NCBI GenBank assembly: GCA_000175855.1
Contig: ACYB01000016.1
Coordinates: 30,001 to 62,000 of the forward strand
Length of the DNA stretch: 32,000 nucleotides
DNA from: Raphidiopsis brookii D9
Lineage (GTDB): Bacteria > Cyanobacteriota > Cyanobacteriia > Cyanobacteriales > Nostocaceae
Direction: 5' to 3'
Positions 1 to 12,238 of this stretch are shown here, in pieces. The notes under the pieces were generated by a model. It had not been told where the DNA came from. It saw only the letters and a program-made list of their open reading frames with translations, and did no database searches. The translations under genes were made by a program, and so were the position numbers. Each line of letters starts with the position of its first letter. The stretch's first letter is position 1.

Positions 1-1590
1 CTTCCCATAGGTAGCGAGAGCGAGTTCCAAGGCATTGTAGATTTGGTGCGGATGCGTGCATATATTTACACTAATGACCAAGGGACAGATATTCAGGAAA
101 CAGAAATTCCAGCTGAATTAGCAGAGCAAGCGGCAGAGTATCGAGTAAAGCTGATTGAAGCAGTAGCAGAAACAGAAGATGCTCTGATGGAAAAGTATTT
201 TGCGGGTGAGGATCTCACCGAAGCGGAAATTCGTAGTGCCCTGAGAAAGGGAACAGTTTCTGGAACAATTGTACCAGTTCTTTGTGGTTCAGCCTTCAAA
301 AACAAAGGCGTACAGTTGATGTTGGATGCAGTGGTAGATTACCTACCAGCGCCAATAGATGTACCAGCAATTCAAGGTACACTGCCCAACGGGGATACAG
401 TAGAGCGGAGAGCTGAGGATAGCCAACCTCTATCAGCTTTAGCCTTCAAAATTATGGCAGATCCCTATGGAAGACTGACCTTTGTTCGGGTTTACTCTGG
501 CGTGCTGAAGAAAGGTAGTTACGTACTTAATGCTACCAAAGGTAAGAAAGAACGGATTTCTAGACTGGTAGTACTAAAAGCGGATGAGCGTCAGGACGTA
601 GAAGAACTGCGTGCTGGTGACCTAGGAGCAGCAGTAGGGTTAAAAGACACCTTGACAGGTGACACCCTATGTGATGAAGGATCCCCAGTAATTCTGGAGT
701 CCCTATTTATTCCCGAGCCGGTTATTTCCGTCGCGGTAGAGCCTAAGACCAAGAATGATATGGATAAGCTTTCCAAAGCTTTACAGGCTCTTTCAGAAGA
801 GGATCCCACCTTCCGGGTTAGTGTGGACCCAGAAACCAATCAGACGGTAATTGCTGGTATGGGGGAACTGCACCTAGAAATTCTGGTAGACCGGATGTTA
901 AGGGAATTCAAGGTAGAGGCCAACGTGGGTGCACCCCAGGTAGCCTACCGAGAAACCATCCGCAAAGCCGTCAACAGAATCGAGGGCAAATTTATCCGTC
1001 AAAGTGGCGGTAAAGGTCAATATGGTCACGTAGTCATTGACTTAGAACCGGGTGAACCTGGGACTGGCTTTGAATTCGTCTCCAAAATAGTTGGTGGTGT
1101 GGTTCCCAAAGAATACATTGGACCATCGGAGCAGGGTATGAAAGAATGCTGCGAATCCGGTGTATTAGCTGGGTATCCACTCATTGATGTGAAGGCTACC
1201 CTAATAGATGGTTCTTACCATGATGTAGACTCTTCAGAAATGGCCTTCAAAATTGCTGGGTCCATGGCTATGAAAGAAGCTGTGGCAAAAGCCTCACCCG
1301 TGCTGTTAGAACCCATGATGAAAGTTGAGGTAGAAGTACCTGAGAACTTCCTGGGTGATGTGATGGGGGATTTAAACTCTCGTCGCGGACAAATTGAGGG
1401 CATGGGTTCGGAACAGGGACTGGCTAAGGTAACTGCTAAAGTACCCCTAGCGGAAATGTTTGGCTATGCTACAGATATCCGGTCTAAAACTCAAGGACGG
1501 GGTATTTTTTCTATGGAATTTAGCCATTACGATGAAGTACCTCGCAACGTGGCTGAGGCAATTATCGCAAAAAGCAAAGGGAACGCATAA
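1..1590 (+). CDS. fusA: Elongation factor G, 5'-truncated by window edge (frame open from base 1: [19 protein letters not shown]...)
   Basis: Long ORF continuous with upstream frame; EF-G domain sequence ([48 protein letters not shown]); followed by tuf. Confidence 0.98.
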   Translation, partial: LPIGSESEFQGIVDLVRMRAYIYTNDQGTDIQETEIPAELAEQAAEYRVKLIEAVAETEDALMEKYFAGEDLTEAEIRSALRKGTVSGTIVPVLCGSAFKNKGVQLMLDAVVDYLPAPIDVPAIQGTLPNGDTVERRAEDSQPLSALAFKIMADPYGRLTFVRVYSGVLKKGSYVLNATKGKKERISRLVVLKADERQDVEELRAGDLGAAVGLKDTLTGDTLCDEGSPVILESLFIPEPVISVAVEPKTKNDMDKLSKALQALSEEDPTFRVSVDPETNQTVIAGMGELHLEILVDRMLREFKVEANVGAPQVAYRETIRKAVNRIEGKFIRQSGGKGQYGHVVIDLEPGEPGTGFEFVSKIVGGVVPKEYIGPSEQGMKECCESGVLAGYPLIDVKATLIDGSYHDVDSSEMAFKIAGSMAMKEAVAKASPVLLEPMMKVEVEVPENFLGDVMGDLNSRRGQIEGMGSEQGLAKVTAKVPLAEMFGYATDIRSKTQGRGIFSMEFSHYDEVPRNVAEAIIAKSKGNA

Positions 1591-1608
1591 TTAAAAAAGG
1601 AGATATAC

Positions 1609-2838
1609 ATGGCACGCGCAAAGTTTGAAAGGACGAAACCTCACGTTAATATTGGTACCGTTGGCCACGTTGACCACGGTAAAACAACTTTAACAGCAGC
1701 TATTACCATGACCTTGGCCGCTTTGGGTCAAGCAGTGGCTAAGGGCTATGACCAAATTGATAATGCTCCCGAAGAAAAAGCTCGGGGTATTACCATCAAC
1801 ACTGCCCACGTTGAGTATGAAACAGAAAACCGTCACTATGCTCATGTGGATTGTCCAGGACACGCTGACTACGTGAAGAATATGATCACTGGTGCTGCAC
1901 AAATGGATGGAGGTATTTTAGTAGTAGCTGCTACTGATGGACCTATGCCTCAAACTCGTGAACACATTCTTCTAGCAAAACAAGTGGGTGTTCCTAGCTT
2001 GGTTGTCTTCTTAAACAAAGAAGATATGATGGATGACCCCGAATTGTTGGAACTGGTAGAACTGGAACTGCGGGAATTATTGACTAGTTATGAGTTTGAT
2101 GGCGATAATATTCCCATTGTCAAGGGTTCTGGTTTGAAAGCTCTGGAAGCAATGACTGCTAATCCTAAGACTCAACGAGGCGAAAATCCTTGGGTAGATA
2201 AAATCTACGAACTGATGGACGCTGTGGATTCCTATATCCCCACCCCTGAGCGCGATATAGACAGACCCTTCTTGATGGCAGTAGAAGATGTGTTCTCTAT
2301 TACTGGTCGTGGTACGGTTGCTACTGGTCGGATTGAACGTGGTAAGGTGAAGGTCGGTGATAACGTTGAATTAGTCGGTATTAGAGACACTCGAGCTACC
2401 ACGGTGACTGGGATTGAAATGTTCAAGAAGAGTCTTGAAGAAGGTATGGCTGGTGATAATGCGGGCGTGCTACTACGCGGTATTCAAAAGGCCGACATTG
2501 AACGGGGTATGGTAATTGCTAAACCCGGTTCTATTACACCCCACACCCAGTTTGAAGGTGAGGTTTATGTTCTCACCGAAAAGGAAGGTGGTCGGAAAAC
2601 CCCCTTCTTCTCTGGTTATCGTCCCCAGTTTTATGTACGGACAACCGATGTAACGGGCACTATTAAAACTTTTACTGCTGATGATGGCGGTGCTGCAGAA
2701 ATGGTAATGCCTGGAGACCGGATTAAAATGACTGTGGAATTGATTAACCCTGTAGCCATTGAACAAGGTATGCGTTTTGCTATTCGTGAGGGTGGTCGGA
2801 CTATCGGTGCGGGTGTGGTGTCGAAAATTCTAAAATAG
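1609..2838 (+). CDS. tuf: Elongation factor Tu
   Basis: [33 protein letters not shown]..., 409 aa, strong SD AAGGAG upstream; str-operon order. Confidence 0.99.
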   Translation: MARAKFERTKPHVNIGTVGHVDHGKTTLTAAITMTLAALGQAVAKGYDQIDNAPEEKARGITINTAHVEYETENRHYAHVDCPGHADYVKNMITGAAQMDGGILVVAATDGPMPQTREHILLAKQVGVPSLVVFLNKEDMMDDPELLELVELELRELLTSYEFDGDNIPIVKGSGLKALEAMTANPKTQRGENPWVDKIYELMDAVDSYIPTPERDIDRPFLMAVEDVFSITGRGTVATGRIERGKVKVGDNVELVGIRDTRATTVTGIEMFKKSLEEGMAGDNAGVLLRGIQKADIERGMVIAKPGSITPHTQFEGEVYVLTEKEGGRKTPFFSGYRPQFYVRTTDVTGTIKTFTADDGGAAEMVMPGDRIKMTVELINPVAIEQGMRFAIREGGRTIGAGVVSKILK

Positions 2839-2866
2839 AACTCACCTTTTTGCTCTAAAGAAAATG

Positions 2867-2903
2867 GAGCGGAGATGGTTAAAATTCATCTCTGCTCTTT
2901 TTT
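2867..2903 (+). terminator. Rho-independent terminator/attenuator between tuf and rpsJ
   Basis: GAGCGGAGATG-(GTTAAAATT)-CATCTCTGCTC stem of 11 bp (one G-U) followed directly by TTTTTT. Confidence 0.75.
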
Positions 2904-2952
2904 CTTCCCTCAAGCTCTAAATCTAAAATTCACAGAACCAGGAAAACTAAAG

Positions 2953-3270
2953 ATGGCAACTTTACAGCAGCAAAAGATCAGAATTCGCTTACAAGCTTTT
3001 GACCGACGTTTATTAGATACATCTTGCGAGAAGATTGTAGATACGGCCAACCGGACTAACGCTACAGCTATTGGACCTATTCCTTTACCCACAAAACGCA
3101 AAATATATTGCGTGCTGCGTTCTCCTCACGTAGACAAGGATTCCCGTGAACACTTTGAAACCCGTACCCATCGTCGCATTATTGATATTCATCAACCATC
3201 TTCTAAAACTATTGATGCCCTGATGAAGTTGGATTTACCATCTGGTGTCGATATTGAAGTTAAACTATAG
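2953..3270 (+). CDS. rpsJ: 30S ribosomal protein S10 (start placed at internal [20 protein letters not shown])
   Basis: 105 aa S10 sequence; the 26-aa upstream extension in the ORF track spans the terminator hairpin and is likely spurious. Confidence 0.96.
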   Translation: MATLQQQKIRIRLQAFDRRLLDTSCEKIVDTANRTNATAIGPIPLPTKRKIYCVLRSPHVDKDSREHFETRTHRRIIDIHQPSSKTIDALMKLDLPSGVDIEVKL

Positions 3271-3495
3271 CTAAAACGCTAAATAAAGATTTGATGGGTT
3301 AAGAGTTGGCTTGACTCAAAAGGTGGAAAGGAGGGGAAGCAAAAACCCTTTTTTCCACTTTTGTTTTTCCTGTTTCTGATACAATACTCTCAAATAATCT
3401 CAAGTAAAAACTTTCACCCAGACTTGGGTGTAAAATATTAGTAACATACATAGCCTTTATAAGTCTTAACAATATACTTTATCCCCTAACCCAAA

Positions 3496-4145
3496 ATGAC
3501 ATCTTCCCCCAAAATTGCCGTCCGCGAACTACCCCTTTTCCCCTACCGGAAGTGGTGCTTTTCCCCACTAGACCTTTACCCCTCCATGTGTTCGAGTTTC
3601 GCTACCGAATTATGATGAATACTATTTTAGAGAGCGATCGCCGGTTTGGGGTGTTAATGGTAAATCCAATCAATGGTGCTATAGCCAATGTTGGGTGTTG
3701 TGCGGAAATAATTCATTATCAGCGATTGGAAGATGGCAGAATGGAAATCTTAACTTTAGGACAACAAAGATTTCGAGTGCTTGAGTATGTGAGAGAAAAA
3801 CCCTATCGTGTAGGTTTAGTGGAGTGGATGGAAGAAAATCCACCAGCTTTAGATTTAAGACCTTTAGCTGGGGAAGTAGAGCAGCTGTTGCGTGATGTAG
3901 TTCGGCTATCTTCCAAATTAACGGACAGGGATATTGAATTGCCAGAAGATTTGCCAGATTTACCAAGGGAGCTATCTTATTGGGTAGCCAGTAACCTATA
4001 CGGTGTAGCCGATGAACAACAAGCACTGTTGGAATTACAGGATACCCAAGCTCGATTAAACAGGGAAGCGGAAATCTTGACATCTACTCGTAATCATCTA
4101 GCCGCACGTTCAGTCTTGAAAGATACCTTTGATGATATAAAGTAA
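3496..4145 (+). CDS. LON peptidase N-terminal (substrate-binding) domain protein, apparent frameshift near the N-terminus
   Basis: ATG at 3496 gives MTSSPKIAVRELPLF then shifts frame; the downstream frame gives PLPEVVLFPTRPLPLHVFEFRYR... Both halves join if one base is restored in the CCCCTTTTCCCC tract (3532-3543). Confidence 0.8.
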
Positions 4146-4364
4146 TATATGTCAAAATCCGATTTTATGGAGTGGGCAATTTTTTGCATGTACCCTGGGA
4201 GGGGTTTTTAGGTCATTTTAGGGACTAAAAAGCCAAAACATATTATTTATGACCAAAAACCTCAATATATCAAAACTTTAATGGTTCTAACTCCAATTAT
4301 TTAGGGTATAACATGAGAATATGTTTATCAAAAACTTTGGTTTTTGCCTTGGACACCTATTTTT

Positions 4365-4631
4365 ATGGACATTCAGTTAATCAACATTGGTTTTGGCAAC
4401 ATAGTTTCTGCTAATCGGGTAATTGCCATTGTCAGTCCCGAATCAGCACCTATTAAGCGAATTATTGGCGATGCGAAAGATAGAGGACAATTAGTTGACG
4501 CCACCTATGGTCGTCGCACTAGGGCGGTAATTATCACTGATTCTAGCCATGTTATTCTCTCAGCAATTCAACCAGAAACAGTGGCCAATCGTTTTGTTCT
4601 TTCCCGTGACCATCACACAGCTGATAATTGA
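4365..4631 (+). CDS. DUF370/RemA-like extracellular matrix regulator family protein (start [12 protein letters not shown])
   Basis: Short protein with INIGFGN...[15 protein letters not shown]...[28 protein letters not shown]; located just upstream of gmk. Confidence 0.85.
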   Translation: MDIQLINIGFGNIVSANRVIAIVSPESAPIKRIIGDAKDRGQLVDATYGRRTRAVIITDSSHVILSAIQPETVANRFVLSRDHHTADN

Positions 4632-4661
4632 GATAATTGATAATAAGTTCCAAATTAGACA

Positions 4662-5252
4662 ATGCAATTTTTACGTCTTATTTCCAGTGCTAATACTCAC
4701 CCCGGTAAGCTAATTGTTCTAACAGGTCCTAGTGGAGTTGGTAAGGGAACTTTAATGCAAAAACTTTTGGCACAACATCCCCAATTGTATTATTCAGTTT
4801 CTGCTACTACTCGCTCTCCTCGTCCCGGAGAAATTGATGGCAAAAGTTATTTCTTTATCACCCCCAACAGTTTTCAAGAGTTAGTTGCTCAGGGGGAATT
4901 TTTGGAGTGGGCAGAATTTGCTGGTAATTATTATGGAACCCCTCGTGCTGCTGTTCTCCAGCAAATTCAGTTGGGAAGATCGGTAATTTTAGAAATTGAA
5001 TTGGCCGGGGCCAGACAAATCAAAGCTTCTTACCCTGACGCTTTAAGCATTTTTATTTTGCCTCCTTCATTTCTAGAATTAGAAAACCGCATCCGATCAA
5101 GAGGACAAGATTCGGATGAAGCCATCACTCGTCGTCTTAACCGAGCTAAGGAAGAAATTAAAGCCGCTTCAGAATTTGATATTCAAATTGTTAATGATGA
5201 CCTCTCTACAACGTTAAATGAACTGGAAACTATTTTAAAACCTATTTTTTAA
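4662..5252 (+). CDS. gmk: Guanylate kinase
   Basis: [11 protein letters not shown]-loop, [22 protein letters not shown]. Confidence 0.96.
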   Translation: MQFLRLISSANTHPGKLIVLTGPSGVGKGTLMQKLLAQHPQLYYSVSATTRSPRPGEIDGKSYFFITPNSFQELVAQGEFLEWAEFAGNYYGTPRAAVLQQIQLGRSVILEIELAGARQIKASYPDALSIFILPPSFLELENRIRSRGQDSDEAITRRLNRAKEEIKAASEFDIQIVNDDLSTTLNELETILKPIF

Positions 5253-5342
5253 AAACTATTTCAAGTTTTTCAGAATGAAATAATAACTTTCTCCTTCACC
5301 ACCACACCATAATCAGGTGTGGGGGCGTAGAAATTATGGAAA

Positions 5343-5864
5343 TTAACCAATTAAACCTTGAATAATTCCAGAGTTCAGGGTCAAAAAGAAAGCAACTACA
5401 GCACCACCAATACCACCAATTAAGAACGCACTGGTGAAGTTATTCCAACTTTCCTTGGAATTAAATGCGTCCCCTGGAACTTTAGTTACCGTTACACTCG
5501 CTAGCGCTGGAGCAGGATTGCTATTAGCATACAGAGACAGACATGCGGTAAGAATGATAACTAAACCCACACTGCCCAATAATCCAGCTAAATTGGCATT
5601 GGCAGAATCACGTAGGGGACCTAACTTATCAAAAGGACCAAAAAGTAAGTAGCCATGTGCCATGCCCACTTCTAGTCCCCGTCTAAAAGGAGTTAGTCCT
5701 GGTCTATAAGCAGGTAAGTTGCCAATAAACCACTTAACCAAAGGTGATGAGTTAACTGGGGTTTCCAAGTTTCCATCCTGGGGATTACCACCAGCTGCTC
5801 TTACAGTTTGCTGATTTCTGGGATCACTGGGGAGATTTTTAGATTTATTTGCTGCTTGTGCCAT
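5343..5864 (-). CDS. psaL: Photosystem I reaction center subunit XI (PsaL)
   Basis: GNLPAYRPGLTPFRRGLEVGMAHGYLLFGPF..., 173 aa. Confidence 0.97.
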   Translation of the reverse strand: MAQAANKSKNLPSDPRNQQTVRAAGGNPQDGNLETPVNSSPLVKWFIGNLPAYRPGLTPFRRGLEVGMAHGYLLFGPFDKLGPLRDSANANLAGLLGSVGLVIILTACLSLYANSNPAPALASVTVTKVPGDAFNSKESWNNFTSAFLIGGIGGAVVAFFLTLNSGIIQGLIG

Positions 5865-5988
5865 GTTTTGTATTGCCTCAATATTGCTTCAACATTATGG
5901 TCGGTAAACAGTTGTCAAGGATAGGTTGAGATGTGGTTAACTCTCCTAAACTGTTTACCGATCAAGACTATATTTCGGTCTAGCTGGC

Positions 5989-6138
5989 CTAGGGTAGGGG
6001 GTGGAACAGTAGGTCAGGGAAAAAGCGGTTAAATTCGATGAGAATACCCGCTGTGATAGTCAGCCAAATTGTAGCTGCTACGGGAGCTGTGGAAATAAAC
6101 TTGATTAAGTAGGATGATTGATCGCTTTTATCAGCCAT
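5989..6138 (-). CDS. psaJ: Photosystem I subunit IX (PsaJ), 49 aa, not in ORF track
   Basis: Manual translation [49 protein letters not shown]; directly downstream of psaF. Confidence 0.95.
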   Translation of the reverse strand: MADKSDQSSYLIKFISTAPVAATIWLTITAGILIEFNRFFPDLLFHPLP

Positions 6139-6178
6139 GGATTTAGTCTCCGAAAACAAGTGGATAGGAGCAGATGAA

Positions 6179-6673
6179 CTAGCGAGGAGAAACGGTAATT
6201 TCTGAGTCCTTAGCAGTTAATTCACCAGAGAGAAATTCTTTAATCGCTGCTGCTGGCCAAGCAAACCCAGTGGTGATAATGGGTAGTGCTAAACCCAGAT
6301 CAATTTGGATCTCTTTTTGCTCGCTATCAGCTTCTTTTTTGATTGCTTGTAAATAAGCACGGCCTACCCAACCAATCCAACCAGCAATGTAAAGGAAGAG
6401 AATACTAGGAATTAAAAAGTCCCCTGCACGATCTAAACGACCGTCAACAATTAGGTGGGGATAGCCCTCAGGACCACATAAAGCCTGTGAATATCGTTCA
6501 AACCGCTTTTTCCCAGATTCGGGGTCAGCAGTGGTATTACGGGCATTTAGAGCCAGATCTTGAAAAGCGGGAGAGTCTTTACAAGGAACAAGGTTGGCAC
6601 CCAGGGCGTGGGCCTGAGGGGCAAAATTGAACCAGAGACCAATCGCTAAAATCAAAGCAAACAATCGTCGCAT
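6179..6673 (-). CDS. psaF: Photosystem I subunit III (PsaF)
   Basis: Signal peptide then [11 protein letters not shown]...[52 protein letters not shown]. Confidence 0.97.
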   Translation of the reverse strand: MRRLFALILAIGLWFNFAPQAHALGANLVPCKDSPAFQDLALNARNTTADPESGKKRFERYSQALCGPEGYPHLIVDGRLDRAGDFLIPSILFLYIAGWIGWVGRAYLQAIKKEADSEQKEIQIDLGLALPIITTGFAWPAAAIKEFLSGELTAKDSEITVSPR

Positions 6674-6896
6674 GGAGTTGTTTCCCTTTGTTACAAAAAA
6701 GTAAGTTTTGTGTACAAAACGAAGCGGCCTGTACAGTGTGGGATTTGGATAACTAGCAAGTCATCATACTCTTGGCGGGGAATCGAGTAAAGTTGAAGTA
6801 AATAAAAGTTAAAGCTTCGCAACCAAAAGTAAGATTTGACGACTTGGGGGATTGGACCTATTTCCCATTCCCATTTTCTCACACCTAGAACAACTT

Positions 6897-7940
6897 ATGA
6901 CAACTATATTAGCTATCGAAACCAGTTGTGATGAGACTGCTGTGGCTATCGTTAAAAATCGTTACGTGAAAAGCAGTGTCATAGCTTCCCAGATTCCTCT
7001 CCATCAGCGGTATGGTGGAGTGGTTCCAGAGGTGGCTTCTAGACAACATTTAGAAACAATTAATCAGGTAATAGCACAGGCCCTAGATGACAGTTTGATG
7101 GACTGGGGAGAAATTGATGGTGTTGCTGCTACTTGTGCCCCTGGACTGGTGGGAGCTTTATTAGTGGGTCTCACTGCTGGAAAAACTTTGGCTATGGTCC
7201 ATAAAAAGCCTTTTTTGGGAGTTCACCACCTAGAAGGTCATATTTATGCTACCTATTTGGCTGAACCTGATTTGAATCCCCCCTTTCTTAGCTTACTTGT
7301 TTCCGGTGGACATACAAGCTTGATTTATGTTCAAGATTGCGGTAAGTACGAAACTTTGGGACAAACTGTTGATGATGCTGCAGGTGAGGCCTTTGATAAG
7401 GTAGCTCGCTTATTGGGCTTAGCTTATCCCGGTGGTCCAATTATTGACCAGTTGGCACAAATGGGCAATCCCCATGCTTTCTCTTTGCCAGAAGGCAAAA
7501 TTTCTTTGCCCCAAGGTGGTTATCACCCCTATAATTCTAGTTTTAGTGGTCTAAAAACAGCTGTGTTAAGGCTTGTGCAACAATTTCAAAAAGATGGTGA
7601 GACAATACCTGTAGCAGATATTGCCGCCAGCTTTCAAGCAACTTTGGCTAAAGCCTTGACTAAAAGGGCGATCGCCTGTGCCTGCGACTATGGTATAAAA
7701 ACAATTGCTATAGGTGGTGGTGTGGCAGCTAACAGTGGGCTTAGACAATACTTAGAAGCTGCTGCTAGAGAGCATAATCTCCGGGTTCTTTTCCCCCCCT
7801 TAAAATTCTGTACTGATAATGCTGCTATGATTGCTTGTGCCGCATCTGACCATCTCTCACGTGGTCACCGGTCTAATTGGACTTTAGGGGTTCATTCCCG
7901 ACTACCTGTGACTCAGGTAATGGATTTATATAAAGTTTAA
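6897..7940 (+). CDS. tsaD: tRNA N6-adenosine threonylcarbamoyltransferase (start [13 protein letters not shown])
   Basis: [29 protein letters not shown] motifs. Confidence 0.97.
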   Translation: MTTILAIETSCDETAVAIVKNRYVKSSVIASQIPLHQRYGGVVPEVASRQHLETINQVIAQALDDSLMDWGEIDGVAATCAPGLVGALLVGLTAGKTLAMVHKKPFLGVHHLEGHIYATYLAEPDLNPPFLSLLVSGGHTSLIYVQDCGKYETLGQTVDDAAGEAFDKVARLLGLAYPGGPIIDQLAQMGNPHAFSLPEGKISLPQGGYHPYNSSFSGLKTAVLRLVQQFQKDGETIPVADIAASFQATLAKALTKRAIACACDYGIKTIAIGGGVAANSGLRQYLEAAAREHNLRVLFPPLKFCTDNAAMIACAASDHLSRGHRSNWTLGVHSRLPVTQVMDLYKV

Positions 7941-8797
7941 CCAGTAATAATTGAAATAATATGTTTACTAACTGCATCCGGTTGCTCTAGCATGGCCAGA
8001 TGGCCACAATTGGGAATTTCGATCACATTATCGCCAACATATTGAAAGAGCCAATGAAAGCTGGCCAAATGACGTACATACTTAGGTTCGATCACTTTAT
8101 CATCAGCACCGGTTAAAAAGTAAACGGGCTGTTTTATCTGTGAAACTAACTGAGGTAAACTATTCACTTCCTCTTCAGTTGTGTAACTCATAAGTGTCCC
8201 TATGGCTGATTGAGGATCAGCAATGATAAAATCCATAATTCTTTGACGGGCCCAGTGCCGATCCAAAGGACGTGCCACATTAGTTCTAGTAAAAAACAAA
8301 TCAATTAAAGGGAGTTGATAAAGCCAACGAGGTCGGATTTGTAGAAACTTTTGACCGGTGGCACGGAACCGCTCAAAGGCCTCTTTTAAGTAAATTCCAC
8401 CACCAGCATTAATACAAATTACACCTTGAACTAAGTTTGGCCATTGGAGTGCAGTTCTTAAAGCAATTGTACCTCCCCAGGAATGACCAATTAGCCAGAC
8501 TCTAGAAATACTCAATAATTCCAGGAGGGCAATGAGGTCCTGAGAATAGGCCCCAGTGGAATAGGGAGAATGCTCATGAGATTTATGGGGTTGATCATAG
8601 GATTGGCATTGAGATTCCCCAAAACCACGCAAATCGTATGACAGGCACTGAAAATCAACGGAAAGACGGGAAATTAGCGGTTGCCAATAGCTACGACTAT
8701 TTAGCCAACCGTGGATAAACACTATAGTGTCAGGGTGGGAGGTAGGGACTGTTAATTCGTAAGCGTGTGGAACGCCAAGTATTTCTATTTTTGCCAT
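7937..8797 (-). CDS. Alpha/beta hydrolase
   Basis: [18 protein letters not shown] nucleophile elbow, C-terminal [11 protein letters not shown]; converges with tsaD with 4-bp overlap. Confidence 0.9.
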   Translation of the reverse strand: MAKIEILGVPHAYELTVPTSHPDTIVFIHGWLNSRSYWQPLISRLSVDFQCLSYDLRGFGESQCQSYDQPHKSHEHSPYSTGAYSQDLIALLELLSISRVWLIGHSWGGTIALRTALQWPNLVQGVICINAGGGIYLKEAFERFRATGQKFLQIRPRWLYQLPLIDLFFTRTNVARPLDRHWARQRIMDFIIADPQSAIGTLMSYTTEEEVNSLPQLVSQIKQPVYFLTGADDKVIEPKYVRHLASFHWLFQYVGDNVIEIPNCGHLAMLEQPDAVSKHIISIITG

Positions 8798-9079
8798 ACC
8801 CGGGGTTTGATAGGGGAAGTTAAATCAATTACAGTCAAGTTTCCTAGACTATTTTAACCTGTTCCATAACCCAACTATAAAATCTGGAACTGGAAGTGCT
8901 AAAGTTAAAAGTGTGTGAAAAATCTGATCCAGAATCACGATCACCCTTTTTAACCTCCTTACTATTCAACTTACCCCCTGTGGTTATTGAACAGAGATTA
9001 AATGGTGCAAGCGTTTTCCTAGATTAGTGCGCACTGTCAAATATTAACAACTTATTCGTGTTACCCGAACCGCATTGGC

Positions 9080-9607
9080 ATGGGTTTTTGGAAAACTTGG
9101 TTTACTAATTCCAACTCTGTAGCAACAACTAAAACCGGCACATTTTATGAGTATGCACGGGGAGATAAGCGTAATTCTAACGTCAGTGACGATACCATTG
9201 CTTTCAGCACTGAACGAGATATTGATCTATACGAACTGGAAGAACTCTGTGATGCGGTTGGTTGGTCGCGTCGTCCCCTAAGAAAAGTGAAAAGAGCCAT
9301 TGACCATAGCTTCCTCGTAGCCTCCATGTGGCAAATAGGAGGGAGCAAAAAGCGGTTAATTGGTTTTGCTCGTGCTACCTCAGATCATGCTTTTAATGCC
9401 ACTATTTGGGATGTGGTAGTTCATCCAGACTTCCAAAATCAAGGTTTGGGTAAGGCATTGATGAAATTTGTTCTCAAAAAACTCAGAAACGAGGGAATTA
9501 GTAATGTGACTCTTTTTGCTGACGCCCATGTGGTGGACTTCTACCGCACTATGGGGTTTATCTCAGACCCGGAGGGGATTAAGGGGATGTTCTGGTACCC
9601 TGATTGA
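9080..9607 (+). CDS. GNAT-family N-acetyltransferase
   Basis: [27 protein letters not shown]...FYRTMGF acetyl-CoA binding motif. Confidence 0.9.
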   Translation: MGFWKTWFTNSNSVATTKTGTFYEYARGDKRNSNVSDDTIAFSTERDIDLYELEELCDAVGWSRRPLRKVKRAIDHSFLVASMWQIGGSKKRLIGFARATSDHAFNATIWDVVVHPDFQNQGLGKALMKFVLKKLRNEGISNVTLFADAHVVDFYRTMGFISDPEGIKGMFWYPD

Positions 9608-9641
9608 TCCTGGGAAAGAGAAATGGAGGTTATTAAGAAAA

Positions 9642-9715
9642 TCGGGATGACAGGATTTGAACCTGCGGCATCCTGCTCCCAAAGCAGGCGCGCTACCAAG
9701 CTGCGCTACATCCCG
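9642..9715 (-). tRNA. tRNA-Pro(UGG)
   Basis: Reverse complement CGGGATGTAGCGCAGCTTGGTAGCGCGCCTGCTTTGGGAGCAGG...GGTTCAAATCC...CATCCCGA forms a complete cloverleaf with anticodon TGG. Confidence 0.95.
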
Positions 9716-9950
9716 ATGAGTGGGCTTTTATGTGGAGTGGAACTTTTACGCACCATATAACACCACACACCATATAAAAACTAACTTATTTTTTTTGTTT
9801 TGTCAACAGCAACTCCACTTTTTTTGAAAGTTAGTGGAAGTTAGGCATGGTGACTCGACAATTTGTTAAACTTTTAATGGCAGTCTGTGGGATCGTTCCC
9901 AGATGTTTCAAACAAGATACGCTAATTCAAAACAAGGAGAATCACAGCAA

Positions 9951-10055
9951 ATGGGCGGGGAAATTTTAAATGCAGGCATTTTGTCCTTCGGACTGATTTT
10001 CGCTGGTTGGGCTATCGGTGCCCTACTGCTGAAAATTCAGGGAGCAGGAGAATAG
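9951..10055 (+). CDS. petM: Cytochrome b6-f complex subunit VII (PetM), 34 aa, not in ORF track
   Basis: [34 protein letters not shown]; SD AAGGAG upstream. Confidence 0.95.
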   Translation: MGGEILNAGILSFGLIFAGWAIGALLLKIQGAGE

Positions 10056-10193
10056 ATTCAAAAAAATGGGTAACTCCCCACCTGGGGGTGGGGGATCCCA
10101 ACTACAAAAATGTGAAAAATGTAAAGTTTTATTTCCATACCTGAACTCTGTTAAAATTTTTATCACAAAACATAAAAATTTATAACGACCATA

Positions 10194-11192
10194 ATGACAT
10201 TACTAGTTGTTGGTGCTACTGGCACTCTTGGCAGACAAGTTGTTCGTCGTGCTGTAGATGAGGGTTACAAAGTCCGCTGTTTAGTGAGAAGTCTGAAAAA
10301 AGCAGCATTTCTGAAAGAGTGGGGCGCTGAACTGGTAAAAGGGGACTTGTGTTATCCAGAAACCTTAGTCGGTGCTTTAGAAGGTGTAACGCAGGTAATA
10401 GACGCTTCTACTTCTCGTGCCACAGATTCATTAACTATTAAACAAGTAGACTGGGAAGGTAAAGTAGCATTAATTCAAGCTGCTAAGTCTGCTGGTATAG
10501 AGCGGTTTATTTTCTTCTCAATTTTGGATGCTGACAAATATCCCAATGTTCCCCTGATGGAAATTAAGCGTTGTACAGAGTTGTTCATAGTTGAATCTGG
10601 TTTAAACTATACAATTTTAAGACTAGCTGGTTTTATGCAAGGGCTGATTGGCCAATATGGCATTCCTATTTTAGAAAATCAGCCAGTGTGGGTAACTGGT
10701 GAGTCTTCACCGGTAGCTTATATGGATACCCTAGATATTGCTAAGTTTGCAATTCGGGCCCTGACTGTACCAGAAACTGAGAAACAAACCTTTCCTCTAG
10801 TTGGGACTCGTGCTTGGAGTGCAGAAGAAATAATTGATATTTGTGAGCGACTATCAGGAAAAGATGCCAAAATCACACGAATGCCCTTAGGTCTGCTACG
10901 GGGTGTTCAAGGCCTGCTGCGATTTTTTCAGTGGGGGTGGAATGTGGCTGATAGACTGGCTTTTTCGGAAGTTCTAGCTAGTGGTAAACCTCTAAATGCT
11001 TCTATGGACGAAGTATACACAGTATTCGGACTAGATAAACAACAAACTACTACTGTAGAAATTTACTTACAAGAGTACTTTAGCAGGATTATGAAAAAGC
11101 TAAAAGAGTTAGACTACCAGAAAGCAAAAGAGAAAAAGAAAAAAGACAAAAAAACTCCTTTCAAGCAGTCTACAAAAGTTAATAGTCAATAA
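10194..11192 (+). CDS. ycf39: NmrA-like SDR, Ycf39-type photosystem II assembly factor
   Basis: [23 protein letters not shown]; full-length Ycf39-like sequence next to petM. Confidence 0.85.
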   Translation: MTLLVVGATGTLGRQVVRRAVDEGYKVRCLVRSLKKAAFLKEWGAELVKGDLCYPETLVGALEGVTQVIDASTSRATDSLTIKQVDWEGKVALIQAAKSAGIERFIFFSILDADKYPNVPLMEIKRCTELFIVESGLNYTILRLAGFMQGLIGQYGIPILENQPVWVTGESSPVAYMDTLDIAKFAIRALTVPETEKQTFPLVGTRAWSAEEIIDICERLSGKDAKITRMPLGLLRGVQGLLRFFQWGWNVADRLAFSEVLASGKPLNASMDEVYTVFGLDKQQTTTVEIYLQEYFSRIMKKLKELDYQKAKEKKKKDKKTPFKQSTKVNSQ

Positions 11193-11275
11193 AATTCCCA
11201 ACCGGTGACTATATTATTCCAAAATGTGTCAGGATAACTAAATATCAAGCAGCGCCCAAACCTGGATGTTTTAAT

Positions 11276-12193
11276 GTGCCAAAAGCAGGCATTATCTACA
11301 ATGACGTAAAACCGATAGCGGTTCGAGTCGCTATCGAACTCAAAGACCAGCTGACCGCCGCTGGTTGGGATGTGTGTATGACAGCAAGTATTGGTGGTAT
11401 ATTGGGCTACTCTAACCCTGATAGTCCCGTACGCCACACGCCCATATCAGGTCTTACACCTCCCGGATTTGACTCAGATATGGGGTTCGCAGTGGTATTA
11501 GGTGGAGATGGGACAGTTTTAGCAGCTTCTCGTCAAGTTGCTCCCTCTGGTGTACCATTGTTAACTGTGAATACAGGTCACATGGGATTTTTGACGGAGA
11601 CCTATCTGAATCAGCTGCCCACAGCTATGGAGCAGGTGATAGAGGGTCACTATGAAATCGAAGACCGAGCCATGCTGAACGTTCAAGTCTGGAGGGGAGA
11701 CTCAGTTCTGTGGGAAGCTCTTTGTTTAAATGAAATGGTACTGCATCGAGAACCACTAACCTCGATGTGCCATTTTGAAATTGAAATAGGTCGTCATGCA
11801 GCTGTGGATATTGCCGCAGATGGTGTGATTGTTTCTACTCCCACAGGTTCGACAGCCTACTCCTTAAGTGCTGGCGGTCCGGTGATTGCCCCGGGCGTGC
11901 CCGTAATGCAATTGGTTCCCATTTGTCCCCATTCTCTAGCTTCAAGAGCTTTAGTGTTTCCCGATCATGAACCAGTAAGTATTTACCCGGTTAACATCCC
12001 TCGGTTGGTGATGGTCGTTGATGGCAATGGTGGGTGTTTTGTTTTGTCTGAGGATCGGGTATATTTACGGCGATCGGAATACAAGGCTAGATTTATACGC
12101 TTGCAACCACCAGAGTTTTTCCGAATTTTACGGGAGAAATTGGGTTGGGGACTACCCCATATTGCTAAACCCAGTTCAGTGGAGTTGCCATAA
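11276..12193 (+). CDS. nadK: NAD(+) kinase
   Basis: [39 protein letters not shown]. Confidence 0.95.
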   Translation: MPKAGIIYNDVKPIAVRVAIELKDQLTAAGWDVCMTASIGGILGYSNPDSPVRHTPISGLTPPGFDSDMGFAVVLGGDGTVLAASRQVAPSGVPLLTVNTGHMGFLTETYLNQLPTAMEQVIEGHYEIEDRAMLNVQVWRGDSVLWEALCLNEMVLHREPLTSMCHFEIEIGRHAAVDIAADGVIVSTPTGSTAYSLSAGGPVIAPGVPVMQLVPICPHSLASRALVFPDHEPVSIYPVNIPRLVMVVDGNGGCFVLSEDRVYLRRSEYKARFIRLQPPEFFRILREKLGWGLPHIAKPSSVELP

Positions 12194-12238
12194 CTTTTGA
12201 TCATTATCGAGCTGTAAACCCTTATCGGAAAAATCAAT

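Noticed and set aside
1591-1608. RBS region AAAAAAGGAGATATACATGG resembles expression-vector RBS
   Set aside because: Short match in a natural str-operon context; no vector sequence flanks it, so it is most likely coincidental.
3679-4083. 134-aa minus strand ORF
   Set aside because: Fully antisense to the LON-domain gene; no recognisable domain.
6691-6882. 63-aa minus strand ORF upstream of psaF
   Set aside because: Likely random; it occupies the psaF/tsaD divergent promoter region.
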